Source: a virus
Taxonomy: Duplodnaviria > Caudoviricetes
Direction: 5' to 3' (one strand)
IMG/VR virus record: IMGVR_UViG_3300045974_000359
Location: 1-59,321 of that record
Length of the DNA: 59,321 nucleotides
Shown: one piece after another, positions 23,236 through 32,342 of the stretch
How the letters are laid out: each line of letters opens with the position of its first letter
How positions within the stretch are numbered: the first letter of the stretch is position 1
Made by a program: the position numbers and the translations under genes
The notes under the pieces: model-generated
What the model was told of the DNA's origin: nothing
The model's database searches: none
What the model saw: only the letters and a program-made list of their open reading frames with translations

Positions 23236-23674
23236 TTTAGAATTACCAAAGTATGAGACAACTTCTTCAGCTGGGTTGGACTTAAAAGCGTGCCTGATAA
23301 CCGAAAGAGAAAATGAACCAAACGTATTTGATGCGTATGATGAAATAATCGAAGTAGGCAAAAGAAAACTAATTAAGACAGGTTTGTTTTTAGAAATTCC
23401 TCAAGGCTATGAGGCTCAAGTAAGACCAAGAAGTGGATTAGCTTTAAAAAACGGAATAACTGTATTGAATTCTCCAGGCACTATTGATTCAGATTATCGT
23501 GGCGAAGTAGGAGTGATTTTGATTAATCATGGAGATGTTCCTTTCAATATTTCTCATGGAGATAGAATTGCTCAGATTGTTTTCGCTAAAGTTGAGCAAG
23601 CAGAATTGAAAGAAGACATAAATTTATCTGAAACTGAAAGAGGTGAGGGTGGATTTGGAAGTACAGGAAAATAG
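23201..23674 (+). CDS. dut: Trimeric dUTPase
   Basis: [36 protein letters not shown]. Confidence 0.96.
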   Translation: MDLKVRVINKSNLELPKYETTSSAGLDLKACLITERENEPNVFDAYDEIIEVGKRKLIKTGLFLEIPQGYEAQVRPRSGLALKNGITVLNSPGTIDSDYRGEVGVILINHGDVPFNISHGDRIAQIVFAKVEQAELKEDINLSETERGEGGFGSTGK

Positions 23675-23763
23675 TTTACAAAGTTATACTATATATCGAA
23701 AGATAAAAATATTGAAAATAGAAATCCAAACCCAGCGGTGACGACTTTATGGGATAGGGTGGA

Positions 23764-23835
23764 TGCCGTATAGCTCAGCGTGTAGAGCACCAGAGACTAA
23801 TCTGGAGGTCAGAGGTTCAAGTCCTTTTACGGCAA
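23764..23835 (+). tRNA. Aberrant tRNA-like gene with a 6-nt anticodon loop (GACTAA); isotype undetermined
   Basis: Acceptor TGCCGTA/TACGGCA, D stem GCTC/GAGC, anticodon stem CCAGA/TCTGG, T arm AGAGG-TTCAAGT-CCTTT; D loop lacks GG; CCA not encoded. Confidence 0.75.
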
Positions 23836-24152
23836 CGATTGAATTGTTTGACGTTTTATTGAAATTTTGTTTGGACACGGGTTCGACACCCGTCACCTCC
23901 ACGAATAATTGTTTCCATAATTATTTTGTGTTATTTGATTTGTCCGTAGTAAATAAACGGAATGGTGGAACGTTTACCAGAGTGAGAAAACTGGTTGACC
24001 CTATTCGATGGTAATGAGAATTGAAATAATTTACCGAAATTGGGGGTGAGTTGGTTTTGACAGCAATTAAATAGGTAGAATTTAGATTCAATTAAAAAGT
24101 AACTCCAAAAGTTATAAACCTTTTTGGTAACTCAGTACAGGCTGCTGCGTAA
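23836..24152 (+). ncRNA. ssrA: Circularly permuted (two-piece) tmRNA: acceptor piece ~23836-23901, intervening segment, coding piece from 24042
   Basis: GGAC-ACGGG-TTCGACA-CCCGT-CACCTCC-A precedes GGGGGTG-AGTTGGTTTTGAC; 7-bp acceptor stem with G3.U70; tag ORF ...KVINLFGNSVQAAA* ends at 24152. Confidence 0.9.
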
Positions 24153-24184
24153 CTAAACGAAATTAAAGGATGCGAAAAATCCTT

Positions 24185-24217
24185 AAAAGAGGGGTAAATG
24201 AAAATTTACCCTTTTTA
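24185..24217 (+). terminator. Intrinsic terminator after the tmRNA coding piece
   Basis: ggggtaaa-tgaaaa-tttaccct followed by a T-tract. Confidence 0.75.
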
Positions 24218-24232
24218 TTGTAAATTATTTTC

Positions 24233-24323
24233 TCCACAAAAATAAGGAAAAACAAAAATATTTTAAAAAAAGATTGTAAAAAATTTTTTTCTTTGTAAAT
24301 TTCGTAATATCTTTGTACCATAG
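24233..24323 (+). promoter_or_regulatory. Early host-type promoter region, repeat copy 1
   Basis: TATCTTTG at 24308-24315; ~90 bp similar to 31121-31221. Confidence 0.8.
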
Positions 24324-24381
24324 AACTTTAATAACAGAGTTTATAAAATCAAAAATTAATTAATAAGTAAAATTTTTTATC

Positions 24382-24957
24382 ATGGAAAACACAAATCAAA
24401 AATTCGGAAATGTAGTAGCAGCTTTACAGGCATTAGTTGAAACAGGTAATTTCGTAATCGACTTACAAAAAAATGTTCATTCGACTTCTTACAGAACAGG
24501 TAGTTTAGAACAAGCCTTACAAAAACAAGTTATTGAAGAAACTGTTCATCATTTAGGTGAAGAAGATGAGCAACCTCAAGAACCAACCAGAAGAATCAAA
24601 ATCCAAATTATCGGTTTAGATAATGAAACTACTATTTTGAGAAAAATAGAAATTGCTCAAGCGATGTTTGACGGAACTTTAGAAGAAGTTTTACCAAGTG
24701 AAGAATTGAAAAATTCTGACCGATTGTTAGATTGTTTAGATGGACACTTTGGAGCTGGACCAGAACTTGATAGACAATTTCTTGAATCTAAAAAACAAGC
24801 TGAGATTGCTGCGGAGGAAAAAGACAACAATCCCAGCGATGAAGTTTCTGAAGAAACTGTTCAGGATGAAGTAGAGCAACAAGATTTACCTCAAACTCCA
24901 TACGGTCAAGGTGAGCAACCAACCGATGAAGAAAACCAAGAAACAACTACTAATTAA
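24382..24957 (+). CDS. Acidic early protein of unknown function
   Basis: Single ORF between a host-type promoter and a hairpin terminator (24968-25000); E/Q/D-rich C-terminus. Confidence 0.6.
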   Translation: MENTNQKFGNVVAALQALVETGNFVIDLQKNVHSTSYRTGSLEQALQKQVIEETVHHLGEEDEQPQEPTRRIKIQIIGLDNETTILRKIEIAQAMFDGTLEEVLPSEELKNSDRLLDCLDGHFGAGPELDRQFLESKKQAEIAAEEKDNNPSDEVSEETVQDEVEQQDLPQTPYGQGEQPTDEENQETTTN

Positions 24958-25012
24958 TACAACTACCTAAAGGGCATTGAGAAATCTTTGCCCTTTTTTA
25001 ATTCTAATTATC

Positions 25013-25453
25013 ATGAAAAAGTTTATCCTATTTTTAGCAATCTTATCAATAAATTTATCATTCAGTCAAGACCAATCTATCCAAAGAGAAAAGGATTTTT
25101 TAGTAAGAATGAAAGACAAGCAATTTGCGAAAGAGCAAGAGCAAGAGAATTTAGATTTATTAACCGAACTTTATAATGCCGTAAACACGCTACAAGCGTT
25201 GAGAAAATACCATTATGAAATGAGATATGATAAAACGTATCTCAAACAATATAAAAGAAAAATATTTTATGGTTTGAGAAATGACGTATCTTGGGAGAGA
25301 GATAAAAATACAATGAATAAACAATTGAGTGATAATATATTACTTTACAACGAACAACGTCAAAGATGTATATTATACTATTCTTGGGCAAAACAGTTCC
25401 CTAAAGATATTGTACAGAAATTAGATATTGATAATCTACCAACAGGAAAATAA
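25013..25453 (+). CDS. Secreted/periplasmic hypothetical protein
   Basis: Signal peptide MKKFILFLAILSINLSFSQ at ATG 25013. Confidence 0.6.
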   Translation: MKKFILFLAILSINLSFSQDQSIQREKDFLVRMKDKQFAKEQEQENLDLLTELYNAVNTLQALRKYHYEMRYDKTYLKQYKRKIFYGLRNDVSWERDKNTMNKQLSDNILLYNEQRQRCILYYSWAKQFPKDIVQKLDIDNLPTGK

Positions 25454-25520
25454 GAGTAAAATCTATTCAAGGTTATTAATTAAAAGAGTAAATAATTTGT
25501 TTAACTAAAATTTAAAAATC

Positions 25521-25715
25521 ATGATTACAGCTTACAATGTTAAAACTAAAGAAAAAAATGTCCCAATGCTTAAAGCAGTAGTTGACAGAAGTGGAAACCG
25601 ATGTTTCGCAAAAGGAGAATCAGCTGATGGACAAAAGATGTGTGTTGCTATTGGATTAGCAAATGCTGAAAAAGAAATTGCGGCTGGAAATGCTACAAAA
25701 GGTACTGGGTGGTAA
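25521..25715 (+). CDS. Small DUF5679-like protein
   Basis: AYNVKTKEK..M......GNR.FAKG....G.KM pattern. Confidence 0.55.
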   Translation: MITAYNVKTKEKNVPMLKAVVDRSGNRCFAKGESADGQKMCVAIGLANAEKEIAAGNATKGTGW

Positions 25716-26053
25716 TTTAGTATTTATTCTGCGGTGAGATGGTTGATGGAGAATTAATTTTCAAAGTCAACCTTTCATTTTTTAATAACAATTCAAAAAA
25801 TCATATTATGTTCAGTAAAGATAAAATTTTCGTAATCGGTTCAAAAATAATCAATAGTTGTATTACACCTGAGCAATTAGATAATGCTGTAAGAGCAATT
25901 GATTTAATTCGTAATCTAAATAATGATGAAACATTAATAAGCGAGTTAATCGAGATTGTCGAACAAAGAAAACTTCAAATTGAAAACTTTCATAATGATG
26001 TAAATAATATCAACGTTATTTATGAAAAGGTAACAGGTCAAAATAAAGAATAA

Positions 26054-26686
26054 ATGAAGAAAGCATATTACATTGTATTTGATACAGAAACAGGTGGATT
26101 AGATTGTACAAAAAATCCTATATTAGAAATCGCATTGGTAACGCTTGATATTAATCTTAAAGAAATAGATAGATATGAAACATATGTTAAACCATACGAT
26201 GACTTGGAAATAACTAAAGGTGCTTTGAATGCTAATGGTATTAAATTGAGGGATGTTGAGAATAACGGAATAACAAAAAAGGAGTTAATAAAGAATTTGA
26301 TAATTTACTTTAAAAACGCCATGCCTGGTTCTCACCCATCTTTAAAACCTGTAGTTGTTGGACATAATATTCCTTTTGATATAGGATTTATGGATGAGTT
26401 ATTCAAGAATGAAAAAACAAAATTTAAGGATATCATATCAAATGTCTATATAGATACTATGGCTGATGCTAAAAGAAGTTGGCCAAAAATATCTTCAATA
26501 AACCTTTCAACTTGTTGTGAGCAAGCTGGAATAGAACTAATAAATGCGCACCGAGCAATGCCTGATGTTTTAGCCACCGCTGACTTATTCAGGTATTTTA
26601 CTAAAAAGCTGAGCCAAACGACTTCAAGCAAGTTTAAGGATTCAGAAAGTCAGGATGGAAAATCAAGAAGTAAATTTCAATTTTAA
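26054..26686 (+). CDS. DEDDh 3'-5' exonuclease (DnaQ-like)
   Basis: FDTETGGL, GHNIPFD, DT, AHRAMPD. Confidence 0.92.
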   Translation: MKKAYYIVFDTETGGLDCTKNPILEIALVTLDINLKEIDRYETYVKPYDDLEITKGALNANGIKLRDVENNGITKKELIKNLIIYFKNAMPGSHPSLKPVVVGHNIPFDIGFMDELFKNEKTKFKDIISNVYIDTMADAKRSWPKISSINLSTCCEQAGIELINAHRAMPDVLATADLFRYFTKKLSQTTSSKFKDSESQDGKSRSKFQF

Positions 26687-26690
26687 TTAT

Positions 26691-27500
26691 ATGGACACTA
26701 ATCAAAAAGAAAATCCAAATCAGGATTTAAAACAAGATGAAGGCAATGTTTCAGAAGTTCAATCAAAAGGAACTGTTGGAGAAGCAATCAAGGAAGTAAT
26801 TAATACAGAACTTGAAAACGACAATGGAGTTGAAGAGCCATTGAATGATGATGAGATGAGTCAACTTTCTAAAGACAAAGAAAATTCTGAAAAGGAATTC
26901 AAATTTGTAATTATCGGAGGTAATGAACCATCAGTAAATGACTCATTTGTAAAATCTATTGAAGCAGCAGGTATTCCTATAACAGTATTTGAATTAACGA
27001 ATGAAGAAATGAAATTCATTATCAATTCACGTGCCGAAGTAAAAGCTCAAGAAGCATCAGTTGATTATCTTCAAAATGAAGAAAACAAAAAAAGAGTAAA
27101 TGAGTGGTGTAAATTACTTATTCAAAATCATCTTAAAAGAGTTCATAAAGGTAAAGAGTTTTCAGAACTTATACAAAAAGCATATGACTCTGAAATTGAA
27201 ATTTCATTTACAAAGAAAACTTTAAAACAAGCATCTAATTTAAGTTGGAAACAATTTGAAGAGTTGTATGGAAATTTAGAGTTGTTTGGAGTTATAAAAC
27301 ATTTTGAAGATGGCTCATTTACACTTATTCTAAATGAAGAAGATGTTGTAAAAAATCAAGTATTTGATTTTAAACAATTATTGAATTTAGTAATCGGCAA
27401 GGCTACAAGTATTCAAGGTGAAAAGAAACTTTCTGCTAAAGATAAAAAGAAGTTTGAGTCAATCAAAAAAACATTATACAATGTAGCTGATAAAATTTAG
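26691..27500 (+). CDS. Hypothetical protein upstream of the terminase
   Basis: Long ORF; likely start MDTNQ. Confidence 0.55.
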   Translation: MDTNQKENPNQDLKQDEGNVSEVQSKGTVGEAIKEVINTELENDNGVEEPLNDDEMSQLSKDKENSEKEFKFVIIGGNEPSVNDSFVKSIEAAGIPITVFELTNEEMKFIINSRAEVKAQEASVDYLQNEENKKRVNEWCKLLIQNHLKRVHKGKEFSELIQKAYDSEIEISFTKKTLKQASNLSWKQFEELYGNLELFGVIKHFEDGSFTLILNEEDVVKNQVFDFKQLLNLVIGKATSIQGEKKLSAKDKKKFESIKKTLYNVADKI

Positions 27501-27502
27501 TT

Positions 27503-29185
27503 ATGATAATTACTCAAGAGGACTTAAAAGTTGTAGATAAATTCGCCAACCCTTTTTCAGCTGACCAGCTGTCTGAGGGTTTTCGGATTTTTGAAGAAAT
27601 CATAAATAATTTAGATGATACAGGGGTAAGAGAATTACTTGGTGGAGATGAAAAAGATATTGATGATGTTTATTCAATAATTCTTGAAGAGACACTTGCT
27701 GTAGTTTATGGTAGAGAAAATAATATATCAAACCGATTAGGATATTTTGACCACTTAACAGGTTCAATTGAAGAAACACTTTGTATTGAAAATCTAACTT
27801 ATTTTATAATTTCAAAAATTCCTGCCTTTGAATTAAATTGGCACCATATGGAATGGGGAGATGTCGTACAAAGATATAATAAGTTCAATATCATTGCGGC
27901 ACGTGACCATGGTAAGTCCTACTATTTCAGTAATGCTTATTTAATTTGGAAATTGTATCGTTATCAACCTTTCATTTCAAAACAAATTAGCAGAAGAGAT
28001 TTATCATTGTCTAAAAAAGGATATTTATTTTCATTTTCTCAAACTCAAGCAACTGACCTTTTAGAAATTTTAAAAGGAACTATTGAAGAGAATGATGATT
28101 TGCGTGATAAACTTTTACCTAAAGGAACGGATGGTTGGGCAAAAACTGAGATAAGATGTAAGAATGGGGCTGGTATAAAAACAAAAGGTTTTGGTTCAGC
28201 AGTAAGGGGTGCTCACCCAGGATTTATAATGATTGATGATGGATTGAAAGATAACGTAATTTATTCATCAGTTCAAAGAAAAAAGTCAATTGATTATTTC
28301 CAAGCGGTTATTATGAATATGATTGTGCCAGGTGGACAAGTAGGAGTTGTAGGAACTCCATTTCATGCTAATGACCTTTATGGAGATTTGAAAAATAAAT
28401 CAGGTTGGCATGTAAGAGAATATCCTGCTATATTTCCAGATGGTACAGTACTATGGCGTGAACGTTGGGGATTCAAAGAACTTTTGGAAAAAAGAGAAAC
28501 CCAAGGAAACTTAATTTTTTCAAGAGAAAATCTTGTTAAACCTGTAACAAATGAAAGTACGATATTTCCAGAGGATGTTATAAAACGTTCATATCTTGGA
28601 ATGGAAGACCATGTATTCGTTAGAAGTAGAGATGCTTTCAAAATGAAATTCGATAGAGTAGTAACTGCTTGTGACTTTAGTATATCATCATCTGTAGGAG
28701 CAGATTACACTGTTATTATCACGGCTGGGATAGATGATAAGGAAAATATATGGTTATTAAATATCACACGTTTTAAAGGCAAGAAATTTAGTGAACAAAT
28801 GAGTATGATTAAACATATTCATCATTCATTTAAACCTGACTTGATTGTAATGGAAAATAACGTTTTTCAACAAATTTTCGTTCAAGAGGGTGATAAGTTA
28901 GGAATGCCTGTTGAGGGTCATACGACAGGAACAAATAAATATGACTTGAAATCAGGATTGCCTGGTGTAGCAATTTTATATGAAAGAGGTAAAATAAGAT
29001 GTCCGAGAGGTAATCAAGAAAGTATTGATATATCAGATGGATTGGCTTTGGAACTTGGAAGTGTAACTTGGACTGAACACGGACTTGAGGGAGTTGGAGA
29101 ACATGATGACCAAGCAATGTGCTTATGGTTATTGACCGTTGGAGTTAAAAAAGTAACAACTGGTTTCTCTTTCAGATTTTTATAA
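27503..29185 (+). CDS. terL: Terminase large subunit
   Basis: AARDHGKS Walker A, RGAHP, IMIDD Walker B, VGTPFH..DLY, nuclease ACD..., HDDQAM. Confidence 0.93.
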   Translation: MIITQEDLKVVDKFANPFSADQLSEGFRIFEEIINNLDDTGVRELLGGDEKDIDDVYSIILEETLAVVYGRENNISNRLGYFDHLTGSIEETLCIENLTYFIISKIPAFELNWHHMEWGDVVQRYNKFNIIAARDHGKSYYFSNAYLIWKLYRYQPFISKQISRRDLSLSKKGYLFSFSQTQATDLLEILKGTIEENDDLRDKLLPKGTDGWAKTEIRCKNGAGIKTKGFGSAVRGAHPGFIMIDDGLKDNVIYSSVQRKKSIDYFQAVIMNMIVPGGQVGVVGTPFHANDLYGDLKNKSGWHVREYPAIFPDGTVLWRERWGFKELLEKRETQGNLIFSRENLVKPVTNESTIFPEDVIKRSYLGMEDHVFVRSRDAFKMKFDRVVTACDFSISSSVGADYTVIITAGIDDKENIWLLNITRFKGKKFSEQMSMIKHIHHSFKPDLIVMENNVFQQIFVQEGDKLGMPVEGHTTGTNKYDLKSGLPGVAILYERGKIRCPRGNQESIDISDGLALELGSVTWTEHGLEGVGEHDDQAMCLWLLTVGVKKVTTGFSFRFL

Positions 29186-29229
29186 ATATAAGTATAATTT
29201 ATTTTAAATAATCATTAAAACAAAATATT

Positions 29230-30580
29230 ATGAATATAAAATATTTCTTTACAAATGTTGATGGAAATCTATATTTGAATAGTGTATTATTAGATGCTAT
29301 CTATATAATATCACCTACAAGTACGGATAATTCAGTTGATATTATATCGGCATATGATAAAAATCTTTCTTTATTAAATTGTAAAATAGATGAAATTCAA
29401 TTTGACGAAATACCTTTAAATTCAGTTTCTCAATTTAGAGAATTAGCAAAAGATTTACTTTTCAAACAAAGTAGTAGTTCATCAACTCCATCTTCATCAG
29501 GAGCAACTTCTGATAATCAAATTGCCGGAAATCAATCATTATCTAATATTGATGCCGATTTAGGAACAAAATCTGACGCTGCCGCTACAACTGATATTGG
29601 GAATTTTTCTTTAATTTCTTTATTTAAAAGAGGATTGCAAAATTGGACTTCATTATTAGCAAAGATACCATCTTTAGGAACTAAAAATGCATCTGCTTCA
29701 TTTCCCGTCACTCAATCGGTTGAAACAGCTGTTGGAGTAATAAGTACTCAGAATTTAAACCCTAATGGAGTAGCAACGGCAAATAGTGCGGTTGAAATTT
29801 CTTTACAAGGAAATGCTCAATTAGCAATACAGACTGTAGGAACATATACAGGTGCTTTATCTATTCAAGTAACAATTGATGGAACAAACTGGCTTACCGT
29901 TACAGCTTCATCACTATTGAAAATTATAACAGGTACATATCTTCCATCCATAACTTCTGCCGAACAATCCGCATATCAATTTGAATGTTCGGGATTAATG
30001 AAAGTTAGAATAACGGCATTAGCAGCTGTTACAGGTAATGTAACTGTTAATTTGAGAGCAAATAATAATATAAGTTTAATTGGTATTGATGCACCATTAC
30101 CAGCTGGTACTAATACTTTAGGGAATATTGCTACAGTTACTACAGTAACAGGAGTTACAACAGTTTCTACAGTAACGACTGTTACAAACGTAACTTCTAT
30201 AACGGATGCTGGAACGCCTAAAGTTCCTGCTACACCTTATTTTGTAAATTCTTTAGCAGGTACAAAATGGAGCATTAATACTAACGGGAACATCAGGATT
30301 ACATGCTTTTTACGCTACTAATTCAGGGGCAGCAGTTGCTTATGTTAAATTATATAATAAAGCGACAGCACCTACAGTTGGAACTGATGTACCTGAAATG
30401 ATAATGATTGTTCCAGCAGCAGTAGGAGGTGTGCCTGGTGTATGCGTTTTACCAATCGGTAATCAAGGTTTTAGATTTGCTTTAGGTTTAGGGATAGCAA
30501 TAACAGGAGGTGCGGCTGATACTGATGCTACAGCGGTGGCAGCTGGACAAGTTAAAGTAAAATTATCAAGAACTGTATAA
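29230..30580 (+). pseudogene. Ser/Thr/Ala-rich virion-type protein split by a 1-nt insertion near 30262-30267
   Basis: Removing one A from ACAAAAT gives a continuous ...NSLAGTNGALILTGTSGLHAFYATNSGAAVAYVKLYNKATAPTVGTDVPEM...KLSRTV*. Confidence 0.7.
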
Positions 30581-30654
30581 TTAGTAAATTATTATTAACA
30601 AGTATTATTTGTTTTTAACTTACAAAGTTATTATAATAAATAAAATTAATTTTT

Positions 30655-31053
30655 ATGAAACGTTTATTGACAATTGTTTTGTCTTTGCTCTGTTTTTCGG
30701 TTATGACGGCTCACGATGTGAGTTTGATTAATAGCAAAGATGTTCTCAAACAGAAAACCGAGTTTGTTAAATCAACTCAAACGCAAATGGATGTAATCGT
30801 TACATCATGCTCAAGTGAAAATGCTAAATTTAGCTTTACAGAAAATCGGAACGTTTTTAAAGACGTCAAGACGAAAGTGATAAGTTATTGTAGCTGGGAT
30901 AAAATTAAAACCGACTTATTTGATAAAATACCTATTCTGGTCAGTTGGAAAAATCCTATAAATTATAATAAGAATACAATTACAAAAATATCTACTGCCG
31001 AATTGAATTTCAATAACAAAATTATGTTGCATAACAATTCCGTCAGGGTTTAA
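30655..31053 (+). CDS. Secreted/periplasmic hypothetical protein
   Basis: Signal peptide MKRLLTIVLSLLCFSVMTA; has its own promoter motifs and terminator. Confidence 0.55.
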   Translation: MKRLLTIVLSLLCFSVMTAHDVSLINSKDVLKQKTEFVKSTQTQMDVIVTSCSSENAKFSFTENRNVFKDVKTKVISYCSWDKIKTDLFDKIPILVSWKNPINYNKNTITKISTAELNFNNKIMLHNNSVRV

Positions 31054-31076
31054 GTTGGTTAATTAAGTTTGAAATG

Positions 31077-31110
31077 AAAGTCCTATATTAATTTATAGGA
31101 CTTTTTTTAT
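31077..31110 (+). terminator. Intrinsic terminator
   Basis: aaagtcctata-ttaatt-tataggacttt followed by a T-tract. Confidence 0.85.
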
Positions 31111-31120
31111 GTCTAAAATT

Positions 31121-31221
31121 TCCACAAAAATAAAGACATTGTAAAAAAGTTTTAAAAATTTACAAAAAAAGATTGTAAAAAATTTTTTTATTGTAAATAT
31201 TCGTAGTACCTTTGTACTATA
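31121..31221 (+). promoter_or_regulatory. Early host-type promoter region, repeat copy 2
   Basis: TACCTTTG at 31207-31214; similar to 24233-24323. Confidence 0.8.
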
Positions 31222-31244
31222 ATTAGAAACTAAATAAAAATATT

Positions 31245-31639
31245 ATGAGAACTTTAGTAAAAGTAACTAACGAATTAAATGGAAAAGAAATCGGAAAATC
31301 TATTGTTTCTGAGTCTATTGAAGAATCAAGAAATGCTACTATTTTGAAATATGGAGATACTATTAAATTAAGTGATTTTGGTTCGTTATTATTAACTAAT
31401 TTACAAGGAACTTTTAGATTTACATTTACACAAACTAAATAATAGAAATCATGGAAAATACAACGATAGAGAAAGTTAAAAAAGGTGATTATTTCAGATT
31501 AAAAGAAAATTCTCCAATATATGTAGCGGATGGCTATAACAGAACTACTAAAAAATATTCAACTTATAAATTTGATGATATAAGTTCATTCAGAGAATTT
31601 AAAAAAGGGACAGTTGTAATTGTTAATTTCGAGTTTTAA
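31245..31639 (+). CDS. Two small early hypothetical proteins (31245-31442, 31451-31639)
   Basis: ORFs directly behind the early promoter. Confidence 0.55.
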
Positions 31640-31670
31640 TATCAAAGTTTAAATAATAAAAATATCAATC

Positions 31671-32342
31671 ATGGAAAGTATTTTAGATAAAATCAAAAAA
31701 TTAATGGCTCATCAAGAATCAGCTGAGCAAATGGGTTCAATTCATGAAGCAGAAGCATTCGCTGCTAAAATTCAAAAAATGATGCATGCTCATAATATAT
31801 CCTTAAAAGATATTTCTTTTGAAGATTTAAAAGAGAATGTTAAACAAGAATATCTTGATAGTAAAATTGCAAGTGTTAGTTACTCTTTAGGATATTTCAT
31901 AATGTATCCAATAGCAAAATATAATTGGTGTAGAGTTTATATTGCCAAAAGAAATAGAATGCTAATAGTAGGTTCACCTGAGAATATCGAAGCATGTAAA
32001 ATGATTTACGATACTGTTTTAGCAATATTTTTAAAGGTAGGTAAAGAGAAATACAAAACTACTAACAAGGCGGTTGGATTAGATACTTATTTGAGAGAAT
32101 TTCTACAAGGCTGTGCTAATGGACTTGCTGATAAATTTAAGGCTGAGAGAAAGATTTTAGAATTACAAAACTCATCTTCTACAGCGTTGATAGTTAGAAA
32201 TGATAAAGCGGTTGAAGCATATGTTGAAAAAACATTTAAAGTAGGAAAATCAAAAGCAAGAGAGGTTAAGAAATCTGACGCTTATTTTCAAGGATTACAA
32301 ACAGGCAGAAACGTTGAATTAAATAAAAAGATAAGTGAATAA
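31671..32342 (+). CDS. DUF2786-domain protein
   Basis: ILDKIKKLMA...EAEAFAAKIQKMMHAHNI N-terminus and AYFQGLQTGR C-terminus. Confidence 0.8.
   Translation: MESILDKIKKLMAHQESAEQMGSIHEAEAFAAKIQKMMHAHNISLKDISFEDLKENVKQEYLDSKIASVSYSLGYFIMYPIAKYNWCRVYIAKRNRMLIVGSPENIEACKMIYDTVLAIFLKVGKEKYKTTNKAVGLDTYLREFLQGCANGLADKFKAERKILELQNSSSTALIVRNDKAVEAYVEKTFKVGKSKAREVKKSDAYFQGLQTGRNVELNKKISE

Noticed and set aside
23764-23835. Amber suppressor tRNA implying TAG recoding of the genome
   Set aside because: The loop is 6 nt with no U33. Genes are full length in code 11, and TAG is a real stop for recA, dut, the methyltransferase and others.
23763-24014. 83-aa ORF in the track
   Set aside because: It overlaps the tRNA-like element and tmRNA acceptor piece; it is a chance frame through RNA genes.
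24042-24380. Ordinary one-piece tmRNA starting at 24042
   Set aside because: No T arm or acceptor 3' strand follows before the terminator; the matching strand lies upstream.
24230-31126. DnaA boxes or a replication origin at TTCTCCACA (~24230) and ATTTCCACA (~31118)
   Set aside because: Single mismatched copies within the repeated promoter cassette; no cluster of boxes.
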